This document shows, one piece after another, positions 36,330-48,669 of a stretch of 64,000 nt of DNA. Where the stretch lies: contig OX597842.1 of assembly GCA_951406725.2 (NCBI GenBank), forward strand, positions 28,210,001 to 28,274,000. The letters are read 5' to 3'. Every line of letters begins with the position of its first letter. Position 1 is the first letter of the stretch. The notes under the pieces were generated by a model. The model was not told the DNA's origin, made no database searches, and saw only the letters and a program-made list of their open reading frames with translations. This stretch comes from Octopus vulgaris (taxonomy: Eukaryota). A program made the position numbers and the translations under genes.

Positions 36330-36720
36330 GAGAAGAAATTACTCAGGCGAAATCACCTCAGAAGACATTCATGGATGACATAAAAATGCTAACAAGAGAT
36401 CCAAAGTATATGCAATCAGTCCAAGATAGATTGGATGGACTAATTAATTGCTCAAGAATGCTGTTTGAAACAAATAATGAATGCATTCTGACATTTGTGA
36501 AAGGTCAACAGAAGCAAGTGAAGTTCAAAATAGCAGGAGAAACGATGCGAAAGGTTAAAGAGTAACTTGTAAAACGTTTTGGACTGTGGTAGACGATCTC
36601 ATTGTCCGATAAGAGTAGAGGCATTGATGTCATTGCAGAAACCGAGGATGGGCAATAAGCATTTGCCAAGTCAAAACTTCTGGGCAAAAACAAGATTTGG
36701 TGCTTGAAGTTTGATCTATA
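36330..36720 (+). pseudogene. Degenerate R2/HERO-like non-LTR RT fragment
   Basis: KTFMDDIKML...FKIAGETM...LLGKNKIWCL residues, interrupted by stops. Confidence 0.45.
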
Positions 36721-37479
36721 TCACCATCTTGATAATATATTCTTAAATATCACTTCTTTTGTACCATTTCAGATGTTTTTCCTTTGCGATAATCTGTGTA
36801 TGAACATTTGCATGTTGTTAAAGATGTTTTGTGCAAGTATACAGTGTTTTAGGATACTTGCTATCACTTTCTGTTTCACCTGTGTAGAACTAATCATTGC
36901 TCATCAGGAAAGAAAAGCATTTCATTAAGGAGTCCTTAAATATTTCCTGAATCAGATGAAATTCTGGTGAACTGTGAGTTGCATAGTTTAAAATTAAAGA
37001 TTAAAAGCAGCAACGTTTGACAAAGATAACAGGTGTGACATGAGTTTGTGTCAAGGTCGTTGATGACCAGCTTGGTTGACATCAGAATTAAGCAAAAGAT
37101 GAGGGGAATGTTGATTAAGTGAAGTCCAGTGGTGAGGGGACAATGCCATGTCATAGGTTTAGCATGGATACAAGAGAGAAGAAAGATAAAAGGTGTTAAC
37201 ATGTGATCATTAAATAAGATGATTGCAACATTGTTAGATTAAGTAGGATGTCTTAATAGAAAAAGGAGGCTTAGGAAGGTCAGTCTATTTTGTTATGGAC
37301 CTAAATATTGAGCCATTATATAGGACCACTGTAGGAAGTATAAAAGTGTCAACCAAACCTATAGTGGTCAGAAGTTGTCCATTGATGATAGGAATGTCTT
37401 ACAATAATAAAATATAAACCATTAACAGAGATCAGGAAATTGTGCTATGAAGTGTAAAATTTGGAAATATTTATTTCAG

Positions 37480-37536
37480 AGCTGAAGCATTTTGATATGG
37501 TGTCCCAAAAGTTGGCAGGTAAATGGATGGAACTTG
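37480..37536 (+). CDS. Gene B micro-exon 7 (start of the death domain, 57 nt)
   Basis: atttcag acceptor and gtgagt donor. Phase 1-1, (E)LKHFDMVSQKLAGKWMEL(G), matching the death-domain LG.xW..LGR.LG motif. Confidence 0.82.
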
Positions 37537-38524
37537 GTGAGTATAAAATACCCAATTTCTATAAATTTTGCTTTCAGCTAAACTTTTGTTTGTTTGAATG
37601 ACTGAGAACCGGTTCCATTCCTAATTTCCAATTGAAAGTTTAGCTATAAAGTAAAGCTATCACTGAAATTTCATAAAATATCTACAGACGTCAGCACGGT
37701 TGTAAAATGTATAAATTAGAAGGTCCAGTAGAGTTAATACTATCGTTTGTAAAAGGGGACTCAAAAATATTGTTGTTTAAGAGTAAACAGGTGAATTAAT
37801 GACAATGTTTTTGCTTGTTTACACTTTTAGTAAGTTTACTAGTAGAGTGTTGTTGTTGATGTTTATTTCGGCAGATATCTGCCTTAATCTGGCAGAATTA
37901 AGGGGAAAGGGTTCCAGATGTGCCATCGCTCTTTCTCTTGGGTGAAGAGGACCACGTTATCAAATGTAACCTTTTTAAAATGAGAGTGTGCATTGTGTGG
38001 GACATGTTGTCATCTCTCCCCTGGCCAGTCTGTTTTTCTATATTTATTGTAATTCTTTAGTCCCAGGTCAACATATATTTCCTGTCTCTATAGAAGACAG
38101 GCCCCATTGTTGATTGTGTTCATGGCTGGATTGAACTCAGCATTGTAAGTTAATGAAACACTCATTTATATTAGAAAAAAAGAATCTCAACAGAAAATTC
38201 AAACTCAACTTGATCTTGTTTCTCAATTGAAATCATTTCACTCTCCTTTACATTACAAATGTCACGTGGAAAGGCATGAACATCACAATATCCCATTTTC
38301 CATTCTCCGACAGTTTAACGCAACATAAAATATCATTTATACAATGCTCCTATTATTTACAGTAATGTCTTCTACCTCCCTATGGTACCTATATATATCT
38401 AGATAGAGTGAAGCATAGAGAAATGTCTTTACCAGGTACATTGAGCAGTGCTGGGGATTAGATTTGAACCTTTGATCCCTGACTCAAGGGATCATGACAA
38501 TATCCCCTGAGTCAGCTGATAGAA

Positions 38525-39400
38525 ACCATCATCATCATCATTTGACGTCTGTTTTCCATGCTGGCATGGGTTGGACTGTTTGACTGAGGTCTGGAGAGCC
38601 AGTGGCTGCACCAGGCTCCAATCTGATCTGGCAGAGTTTCTACAGCTGGATGCCCTTCCTAATGCCAGCCACTCCGAGAGTGTAGTGGCTGCTTTTTATG
38701 TGTCACCAGTACAGAAGCCAGTCAGGTGGACCTAGCATCAGTCATGTTCGGATGGCCTTTTTACGTGCCACCAACACAAGGAGTCAGTCAGATGACACTG
38801 GCATCGACTACATTCGGATGATGGTTTTTATGTGCCACCAGAACGGGGGCTAGTCATGGGGCACTGGCCACAGCTGCAATTTTGGTTTTACTTGACTCAA
38901 CAGGTCTTCTCAAGCATATCATGTCACCCGATGCATTAAGGATACTCTTAAATGGGCCGGACATGCAACACTGGCATCGGCCATGGCTGCGATCTCACTT
39001 TAGTTGCTGGGTCTTCTCAATCACAGTATATTTCCAAAGGTCTCGGTCTCCTGCCATTGCCTCTGTGAGGCCCAATGTTCAAAGGCCATGCTTCACCATC
39101 TCATTCCATGTCTTCCTGGGTCAACCTCTTCCACAGCTTCGTTCTACAGTTAGGGAGTGGCACTTCCTCACAGTTGTCCTCATCCATACGTAACACGTGA
39201 CCATACCAGCGTAGTCATCTCTCTTGCACACCACATTTGATGCTTCTCATGTCCAACTTTCCTCTCAGGGTGTTTACACTGTGTCATGTATGCACACAGA
39301 CATTCCACATCCAGTGGATCATACTACCTTCATTTCTGTCAAGCCTACGCTTGTCCTCAGCAGTCATGGCCCATGTTTCACTGCCATGTAGCATGGCAGT
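38525..39400 (-). mobile_element. Degenerate 5'-truncated RTE LINE
   Basis: (ATC)n tail, the same 3'UTR, and reverse-strand RWYGHV/RPRKT remnants. Confidence 0.75.
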
Positions 39401-40449
39401 TCACACTCAGAAATGATTTATCTAAATTAAGAAAGGACATCATCTACAACATTGCCAGCTTGCTATACCTCTGGGTATCATACAAAATATACCAGTCATA
39501 TACTGGGATAAAAGGAATCCACTAACACCAGGTCCATTATCATCATCACCTTACATCCATTTTTCTAAGTTTGTAATGGTCAGACGACTTCTCCCAGAGT
39601 TGTTGTGGTCCTTTGTCCAGTTTGATCGCTTGTTTCTTTCCACTTGAATTCCAGGCACTTCTTTACCCAGATTTCATCTGCCATGTCCCTTCTATATCTA
39701 TACCATTATCTTTTTTCTTGTACACTATCACAGATTCTTCTGAGATCCAGTTATTTGGCTCCAAGTTTTCAACACATTAACATTACACTTCTAGTGATGT
39801 CTGCTCACCTCATTTCCTGGCAGTTTCCATTGCATCTTTCACATTCTACGTAACATTGCATGAGGTGTATTTGTAAAGTGCAATCTCTCCCTCATATGGA
39901 GACAGAATCCCTTAGTTGCCAGTAGACATAACTCCCTGTACATTTTTCATCTCCTTTTCCTTCTGTACTTTCAGAATAGTTTCCTCTACTTCTAATTCTG
40001 TCCTTTAGGTAACAGAAACTATCAACTATGTCTTTCATACTTGTTCCTATGAACTATTCCTGTATATTTGCCACATACAAAGTCCTTCCTCAGCCCTAAC
40101 CTTAACCTGCCCTCCCTGTAAACTTGCTTGTTTGTGAATGCAGTGATTCTATCAGGACCCGAGTGTTGTAGGTGTATGGTGTAGATGTTGGTAAAACTCT
40201 TCTCATTGCTTTGTTTACTCTAGGGCCTCTCCTGTATTAGATTCTTTGAAATTGTGGCCTTGATCCAGTGAAAGTTCTTGTTATAAGTCATGAATCCAAA
40301 AACCTTAAGCCAGTGCCCTCTAAAATAAGTGATATTTACCTAACAGTATTATATTTTTACTTTGGGGTGGTTGAAATCATTCAGGTACACAATCCCCACT
40401 TTTGAGATATTTCTGAATGTTGATAATTTTTAAATATTTATTAATCATA

Positions 40450-40895
40450 GGTGGAAAGACATCGCAAATGACTATTTCAGGCATTGATCACAGGATGTTA
40501 TCAAACGACTGAGATTGTATTCCTCCAAAGTGTCTCTGGAGTAACGTTACTCAACAAGGTGTGCAGGCTGGAGATTTGGGGTCTCTCCAGGTCAAGTGAC
40601 TGCTTCTCTGCATTGAGAATTCACAGCTCCAGTAATCCTGGCATGTGATTAAAATATCACAGGAAAGAACCACAAGAGGGATTCTTCAAGCTGAGCCAAC
40701 CGACAGGAGACCTAGGGGTAGAGCAAGAATGAAATGGTTGGATGATATCCATAGTTTCAATTGGCCATGCTTGGAAATCCTTTCAGAAATTCTAATGAAG
40801 GTTGCCTCTGATAGGATCATATGAAGGAGGTGCCTGAAGACTCTTCCCCTACAACCCTCCTATGAATAGAGGGCAGAGAAAATGGACGGTTGGAT
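40450..40895 (+). mobile_element. Degenerate RTE 3' fragment of a different family
   Basis: Remnant RRPRGRARMKWLDDI...VASDR, typical of an RTE C-terminus. Confidence 0.45.
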
Positions 40896-41234
40896 GAAAT
40901 TATCTGTTGGTGGTCTTTGTCAATTCTTTAGGCTCTCATACACTGCTACCCACACAAACACTTCTCCTGCCAGTTGTTCACCAGACATTTTCTCATGTGT
41001 AATTTTCAATTCTTTAAAATATTCTTCTCCTTCTCCAGCCTTTATTTCAAATTGTTTGATATTTTTATCAACATCTTTAGAAATAGATAACAATGTCTTC
41101 TAATTTCCCTGTTTCTTAAGTATTTCTCATTCTTCTATTCACATAATTTCTTTGTCCTAATTAATACAGCCTACAGTACACAGGTTTTATATTATCGTTA
41201 ATGCTGTTGCAATTATTTCTTATTTCTTTTGCAG

Positions 41235-41440
41235 GAAGGGAATTAGGAATTCAACAAATTGACATGGATATCATCAGGCATGACTATCCTCTTGACGTTG
41301 TGGAACAAGGCTTCCAGATGCTGCTCAAATGGTATAGAGATAATGATCCAGAGAAACGTACACTTCAAATATTAAAAGCAGCTCTTGAAAGAACTGAATG
41401 TGACGATGCACTCGAATGTTTATCATCAGAATTCAATTGA
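41235..41440 (+). CDS. Gene B last coding exon, death domain
   Basis: ttttgcag acceptor, phase 1. GRELGIQQIDMDIIRHDYPLDVVEQGFQMLLKWYRDNDPEKRTLQILKAALERTECDDALECLSSEFN*. The eight exons sum to 1206 nt (401 aa plus stop). Confidence 0.9.
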
Positions 41441-41618
41441 ATTTCTTTGTAAATTGTTGCTGTTGCTTAGTCGCAAGTCTGTCTTCACCACAGACCTATT
41501 ATTAAATGCCTTCCATCCAGGACCATCCTGTCTTTTTCATAAGTATAGAGATCGTAGAACCACATTGTTTAATGTGTCCTTCTTTAAGGTGATAAGTTAT
41601 GAATGGAGTAGGATTTGG

Positions 41619-42583
41619 GGATCTTTACCTTTTGACCAGCAGATTTAGAAAATGATTTTTTGGAACTAAACACTTTCAAACTTCGTATTCTGGTAGAATG
41701 TGTCGTATAAAACATCTTTTACTCTTAGCGTTTTTGAGAAAAGTTTATATTTATAAAGTTATTTCGTGTAAAATTTGTCGTATTTCGGTAATTTCAACCA
41801 ATCAATGGCGTGTATTCATCTGAATAAAATTACTGCCGTTGTTTGTCAACAACAACAACTTCTGGCGGTGTATATTTCGTTTGTCACTGTTATTTATGAC
41901 ATATTTCATCTCAGTTATGTTTGTATGAAAAACGAGTCTATCTGAAACATGTTTACTTCATGGCACCACCAGAATCGTTCGTGCATTTCTACTGGTTTTA
42001 GTTATGTTTTTTCCTGTTTTTCAGCTACTATTTTCGCTAAGACTTTTTTAACCCTAACCCTAAAACCTTAGCCCTGACACTAAAACCCTAGCCCTAACAC
42101 TAAAACCTTAACTCTAACCCTAAAACCCTAACCCTAACCCTAAAACCTTAGCCCTGACACTAAAACCCTAGCCCTAACACTAAAACCTTAACTCTAACCC
42201 TAACCCTAACCCTAACACCTTAAAGCTAAAACCACTACAAACGCACGAACGATGTCATAAATAACAACAACAAACGAAATATATACCACCAGTTGTTGTT
42301 GACAAACATCATCATCATCATCATCATCATCCTTTAACGTCCGCTTTGCATGCTAGCATGGGTTAGCAGTAATTTTATTCAGCTGAATACACATCATTGA
42401 TTGGTCGAAATTACTGAAATACGACAAATTTAACACGAAATAACTTTGTAAATATAAACTTTTCTCAAAAACGCTAAGAGTAAAAGATGTTTTATACGAC
42501 ACATTCTACCAGAATACGAAGTTTGAAAGTGTTTAGTTACAAGAAATTATTTTCTAAATCTGCCGGTCGAAAGGTAAAGATCC
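41619..42583. mobile_element. Non-autonomous DNA transposon with long (>200 bp) TIRs and an 8-bp TSD
   Basis: GGATCTTTACC...GGTAAAGATCC termini. TSD GGATTTGG at 41611-41618 and 42584-42591. Internal CCCTAA-like repeats at about 42048-42230. Confidence 0.88.
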
Positions 42584-43039
42584 GGATTTGGTTACTAATT
42601 CTAGCAGATCTCTCTACCACCTGTAGACCCCTTTACTGGTTTGGTTCCCTCATTGTTCTAGATAAACTGTGGAAATAAAGACAAACTTTGAAATTTCATT
42701 TGTTGTTGTTGTTGTTGTTGTAAGTCCCAGCATCTCCCTAAACACTTCCATTGTTATAGAGACAGTTTAAATATCCTGTGGAATTTTTCAAAAAACGAAA
42801 GTTGTAAATTCCATTTTGTGAAACTTACTTAAAATGCACATTTTGTTTTCAAGTAGAACCTCCTTGTGGACACAATTGTCAGTCAATATACAGTTTCTAT
42901 TTGTCTCAGCCAATATTTTTACATTAGCCTTCATCCAAAATCTAGAAAAGGAAACTTACAGCTGACCACGGGAGAAGAATTGCGTTGGAAGATATATTCT
43001 GCTTGGTTTAAATGTCTGTCCCTGTGCCTTGCTGCATGT

Positions 43040-43680
43040 CAAGGCAGAGACTGGTTCCACAGGAAATTGTTTATGTGGTAACTGTGAATGGGAACTCCAG
43101 TCATTGAGACCCATGCGGAATCCTTGAGATTACCAGCATTGATCCTGCAGAAGGACCACAAGCAACCTCAGCCACAATAATAAGATCGTGCAAGCAGATA
43201 ATAACGTAGCCTGTGTCATTGCAATGGCCTTGTTTAACATCTAAATTCTTCGAAAACCTAATGCAGCCTCTTGTCTTTGAGGTGAGGATATGTCCATGGA
43301 AACTCTGATGGTAGGAGTTTGTTGATGAATTTGATTAGGTACAGAGCTTCGTTATCAACTGTATCTGAGCTTTCTGTATATCTTTACCTCGCCAGGGATC
43401 CTGGTCAACATAAATTCATTCACAAATTGTGATATTTCATTTGTTGGAGTAATAATGGGTCTGTTTGCAAGCCACACGGGGTCTGTGAAGTTATTTGCAA
43501 GGTCAGCCTATACAAAATCACTTGGAATTAAAGACAAAGGTTGTAAGTCAGGTTGATTTTGAATGCACCTAGACTTTGTTCGACAGAAATGTCACTATTT
43601 CCTACATCTCTCTTTCATCAGAATGATCTTTTGTAAAAAGTCTTAGATTGGTTGTCAACTTCACTACTTGTACCAAATCC
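43040..43680 (-). pseudogene. Helitron PIF1-helicase fragment
   Basis: Reverse-strand remnants DLANNFTDPVWLANRPIITPTNE, NLDVKQGHCN, VAEVACGPSAGSMLVISRIPH and EFPFT, with stops and frameshifts. Confidence 0.65.
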
Positions 43681-43684
43681 TCAT

Positions 43685-44120
43685 ATAATAATAATAATAA
43701 TAAATTATTGTATACAGTGCTCAGGTGCACCACAACTTGTCAGACAGTGCATATAAAGTATATGCAGTAATGTAAAAATGTCTGGAAAGCGAATAATGTA
43801 TGAGTCAGACACATGCTTGTGTGTGTATGGAGGGGAGAAAATCAGGTGTAGTGTTGGCAAATCTCAGAAAGCATGGAAGTTTTGAAGGATGCAGTGCTCC
43901 GACAACTAACAACTGATGCCGGCAGTTTGTTCCATGCTTCAGCAACTCTTAGCGTGAAAAAATATTTCCTAAAGTCATGGGAGCTGTGCTGTTTTCTGAC
44001 TTTGTAAACATGTCCACAGGTGGAGTTTGAAAAGGTGCTCAGAGTTATTGTTTGTAAGATGGTTAATAATTTTAGGGGTGTCTGCCAAGTCAGCTGCCAG
44101 ACGTCGGAGTTTCAATGTGT
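43685..44120 (-). mobile_element. CR1-like LINE 3' end fragment
   Basis: Near-identical to 48670-49080; (ATT)n tail. Confidence 0.8.
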
Positions 44121-44489
44121 GTATTTGAATTTTTCTTGTTATATATCACATTTAAACACATTTTTATTCTGATGTTTAATCTTATATCTCACATTCTGTA
44201 TTTCTCATATACTTGATTTTACATGATTGATGTATATATACTAATTCATATTTATAATGTATAATTAATAAATTTTAATTCTTAATATTTCAAAGTATCA
44301 TTTTTCTTCTTAATTTTTAATCTTTAATGCTTAATTGTATTGCGTATTTTTAAAGGGATGTAAAATTAGATATATAATATTTTCAAATAGAACCTGAAGA
44401 TGTGTTGGAATAATTGTAAATCTGACAATTGCATATATGTATTTATATATGTATATATATGGGTATACAGTTGTGTATATGTATGTATA

Positions 44490-46032
44490 TTGCTGATGAC
44501 CTTGCTCTAATTGCTGAGTCACTATCAGAACTGGAGGAGAAGTTTCAGGTGTGGAAACAAGGATTAGAATCGAAGGGGCCTTAGAATCAACCTAGCTAAA
44601 ACCAAAGTCCTAATAAGTAGGAAGGTGGACCAATCACAAACGACTTCAGGTAGATGGCCCTGCTCGATCTGTAGAAAAGGCGTAGGTAGAAACTCTATAA
44701 GGTGCACCAAGTGTAAGCTATGGACACATAAGAGGTGCAGCAATGTCAAAGGAAGGCTAACTAGGAAAATAGTTTTTGTCTGTGGCAGATGCTCAGGAGC
44801 AATAAACACTGAAAATGCGCAGAGACCAACTTACACCACATTCCAGGGAGAAAAACTAGAAGTAGTTGATAGCTTCCGTTACCTAGGTGACCAAGTCAGT
44901 AGCGGGTGTACTGAAAGTGTAGCTACTAGAATAAGAATAGCCTGGGCAAAGTTCAGAGAGCTCTTACCTCTGCTGGCGATAAAGGGCCTCTCGTTCAGAG
45001 TAAAAGGCAGACTGTATGACGCATGTGTACAAACAGCCATGCTACATGGCAGTGAAACTTGGGCCGTGACTGCTGAGGATATGCGTAAGCTCACAAGAAA
45101 TGAAGCCAGTATGCTCCGATGGATGTGTAATGTCAGTGTTCATACCCGACAGAGTGTAAGTACCTTGAGAGAAAAGTTGGACCTAAGAAGCATCAGATGT
45201 GGTGTGCAAGAGAGACGTTTGCACTGGTATGGTCATGTGTCAAGAATGGCTGAAGATAGTTGTGTGAAAAAGTGCCACACCCTAGCAGATGAGGGAACCT
45301 GTAAAATTGGTAGACCCAGGAAAACCTGGGATGAAGTGGCGAAGCACGACCTTCAAACATTGGGCCTCACTGAGGCAATTACTAATGACCGGGACCTCTG
45401 GAAATATGCTGTGCTGCAGAAGACTCGGCAAGCGCAAGTGTGACCATAACCTTGTGGCCTATGCTAGGGGGTAACCAGTCCCCTTATGTGTGCCTTTTCT
45501 TCATTGGACACTAAACTCTGCTTGTGAAGACCAGTTGAGGCAAGTGAAATCGAAGTCGAAATCAAACTTGGTGACTGGTATCCGTTGCTAGTGGAGCGCT
45601 AAGAGTACCATACGAGTGAGATCGTTGCCAGAGCAACAAGCTGGCCTTCGTGCCGATGGTAAGTTAAAAACACCATTCGAGTGTGGTTGTCACCTGCGTC
45701 GCCTTACTGGCACTTGTGCTGGTGGCACATGAAAAAAACATTCGAGTGAGATCGTTGCCAGTGCCACTGGACTGGCTCCTGTGCAGGTGGCACATAAAAA
45801 GCACCATTTTAGCGTGGCCGTTGCCAGTACCACCAAACTGTCCCCCATGCCGGTGGCACATAAAAGCACCCACTACACTCTCGGAGTGGTTGGCATTAGG
45901 AAAGGCATCCAGCTGTAGAAACTCTGCCAGATCAGATTGGAGTCTGGTTCGCCAGACCTCAGTCAAATCGTCCAACCCATGCTAGCATGGAAAGCGGACG
46001 TTAAACGATGATGATGATGATGATGATGATGA
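44490..46032 (+). mobile_element. 5'-truncated RTE LINE, from the ADD motif through the PHD finger to the (GAT)n tail
   Basis: ORF 44625-45443 is homologous to the 11859 ORF C-terminus; frameshift near 44580. Confidence 0.9.
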
Positions 46033-46371
46033 TATATATATATATATATAATAATAATATTAGGGAGTATAACTCCAAACTTACAGGGGAAAATTCAATT
46101 TAGTATTAAATCAAATTTTACAATATAAATATATAATATCTATAAATTCGAGATAAAACCACTATTATGCAATTCAAACAATGATAGACATAAACCAAAT
46201 CATAAATAAAAATAAAATGTATTTTTTTAAAACATATAACTAGATCATAAAAAGTATAAAAATGAATAATCAGTATTATTACTAAGTCATGGGGATGTAA
46301 ACATACTAACATTGGTTGTCAAGCAGTTGAGGGAGACAAGCATAGAAACACACACACACACACACACAGAT

Positions 46372-46432
46372 ATTGCTTCTCAATCTTATGGCTAAGATCA
46401 AGGTCTAATATCTACTCTTAACAGTTTAATAT
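46372..46432 (+). pseudogene. U2 snRNA 5' fragment (pseudogene)
   Basis: attgcttctcaatcttatggctaagatcaaggtctaatatctactcttaacagtttaatat resembles U2 ATCGCTTCTCGGCCTTTTGGCTAAGATCAAGTGTAGTATCTGTTCTTATCAGTTTAATAT. Confidence 0.7.
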
Positions 46433-46456
46433 ATATTTCTATGTATGTATATATAT

Positions 46457-46491
<35 letters not shown>

Positions 46492-46615
46492 ACAAAGGGG
46501 AGTTGTGGATGTATGTATGTAGGTATGTATGTGTATATATATATATGTATGTATATATATTTATATATGTATATATATATATATATCTATATATATGTGT
46601 GTATATATGTATGTA

Positions 46616-48645
46616 TCATCATCATCATCATCATCATCATTTAACGTCTGTTTTCCATGCTAGCATGGGTTGGACGGTTTAACTGGGGTCTGTGAAGCCG
46701 GAAGGCTTCATCAGGCCCAGTCAGATTTGGCAGTGTTTCTACGGCTGGATGCCCTTCCTAACGCCAACCACTCCGTGAGTGTAGTGGGTGCTTTTTACGT
46801 GCCACCTGCACAGGTGCCAGACAGAGTTGGCAAACGGCCACGAACGATGGTGTTTTACGTGCACCGGCACGGGGGCCAGGCGAGGCTGGCAACGGACACG
46901 AATGGATGGTGCTTTTACGTGCTACTGGCACGGGGGCCAGGCGAGGCTGGCAACGGACACGAACGGATGGTGCTTTTACGTGCTACTGGCACGTGGGCCA
47001 GGCGAGGCTGGCAACGGACACGAACGGATGGTGCTTTTACGTGCTACTGGCACGGGGGCCAGGCGAGGCTGGCAACGGACATGAGCGGATGGTGCTTTTA
47101 CGTGCTACTGGCACGGGGGCCAGGCGAGGCTGGCAACGGACACAAACGGATGGTGCTTTTACGTGCTACTGGCACGGGGGCCAGGCGAGGCTGGCAACGG
47201 ACACGAATGGATGCTGCTTTTACGTGCTACTGGCATGGGGGCCAGGCGAGGCTGGCAACGGACACGAACGGATGGTGCTTTTACGTGCTACCGGCACGGG
47301 GCCAGGCGAGGCTGGCAACGGACACGAATGGATGGTGCTTTTACGTGCTACTGGCAGGGGCCAGGCGAGGCTGGCAACGGACACGAAGGATGGTGCTTTT
47401 ACGTGCTACTGGCACGGGGGCCAGGCGAGGCTGGCAACGGACACAAACGGATGGTGCTTTTACGTGCTACTGGCACGGGGGCCAGGCGAGGCTGGCAACG
47501 GACACGAAGGATGCTGCTTTTACGTGCTACTGGCATGGGGGCCAGGCGAGGCTGGCAACGGACACGAACGGATGGTGCTTTTACGTGCTACTGGCACGGG
47601 GGCCAGGCAGGCTGGCAACGGACACGAACGGATGGTGCTTAACACTGCTACTGGCACGTGGGCCAGGCGAGGCTGGCAACGGACACAAACGGATGGTGCT
47701 TTTACGTGCTACTGGCACGGGGGCCAGGTGAGGCTGGCAACGGACATGAACGGATGGTGCTTTTACGTGCTACTGGCAACGGACACAAACGGATGGTGCT
47801 TTTACGTGCTACTGGCACGGGGGCCAGGCGAGGCTGGCAACGGACACGAACGGATGGTGCTTTTACGTGCTACTGGCACGTGGGCCAGGCGAGGCTGGCA
47901 ACGGACACGAATGGATGGTGCTTTTACGTGCTACCGGCACGGGGGCCAGGCGAGGCTGGCAATGGACACGAACGGATGGTGCTTTTACGTGTCACCGGCA
48001 CAGGGGCCAGGCGAGGCTGGCAACGGACACGAACGGATGGTGCTTTTACGTGTCACCGGCACGGGGGCCAGGCGAGGCTGGCAACGGACACGAACGGATG
48101 GTGCTTTTACGTGTCACCGGCACGGGGGCCAGGCGAGGCTGGCAACGGACACAAACGGATGGTGCTTTTACGTGCTACCGGCACGGGGGCCAGGCGAGGC
48201 TGGCAACGGACACAAACGGATGGTGCTTTTACGTGCCAGCGGCACGGGGGCCAGGCGAGGCTGGCAACGGACATGAACGGATGGTGCTTTTACGTGCTAC
48301 CGGCACGGGGGCCAGGCAAAGCTGGCAACGGACACGAGCGGATGGTGCTTTTACATGGCAACGGACAAACGATCGGATGGTTCGCTTAACCACAGCTGCA
48401 ATTTCCACTGGTGTTGATTTGGTTTGATTTTGACTGTTCTCACTGGTCTTGCCGGGTCTTCTCACGCACAGCATACTTCCATAGGTCTCAGTCTCTAGTC
48501 ATTTCCTTGGTGAGACCTAAAGTTCGAAGGTCGTGCTTCACTACCTCGTCCCAGGTTTTCCTGGGTCTACCTCTTCCACAGGTTCCCTCAACTGCTAGAG
48601 TGTGGCACTTTTGCACACAACTATCTTCTCCCATTCTCGTCACAT
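46616..48645 (-). mobile_element. 5'-truncated RTE with a 3'UTR minisatellite expanded to about 26 x ~60 bp
   Basis: (ATC)n tail, tandem ggcacgggggccaggcgaggctggcaacggacacgaacggatggtgcttttacgtgctact at about 46810-48380, ORF end at about 48440-48645. Confidence 0.9.
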
Positions 48646-48669
48646 ATATATATAATATATAATATAATG

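Noticed and set aside
21721-41440. Assigning the symbol MIB1 or MIB2
   Set aside because: The gene lacks MIB N-terminal domains, has only one RING and adds a death domain, so orthology is not supported.
42048-42230. Interstitial telomere or chromosome fusion site
   Set aside because: The repeats are degenerate and internal to a TIR element with an intact TSD.
46670-48427. ORFs of 353 and 456 aa
   Set aside because: They come from a stop-free GC-rich 60-bp minisatellite in an RTE 3'UTR, read antisense.
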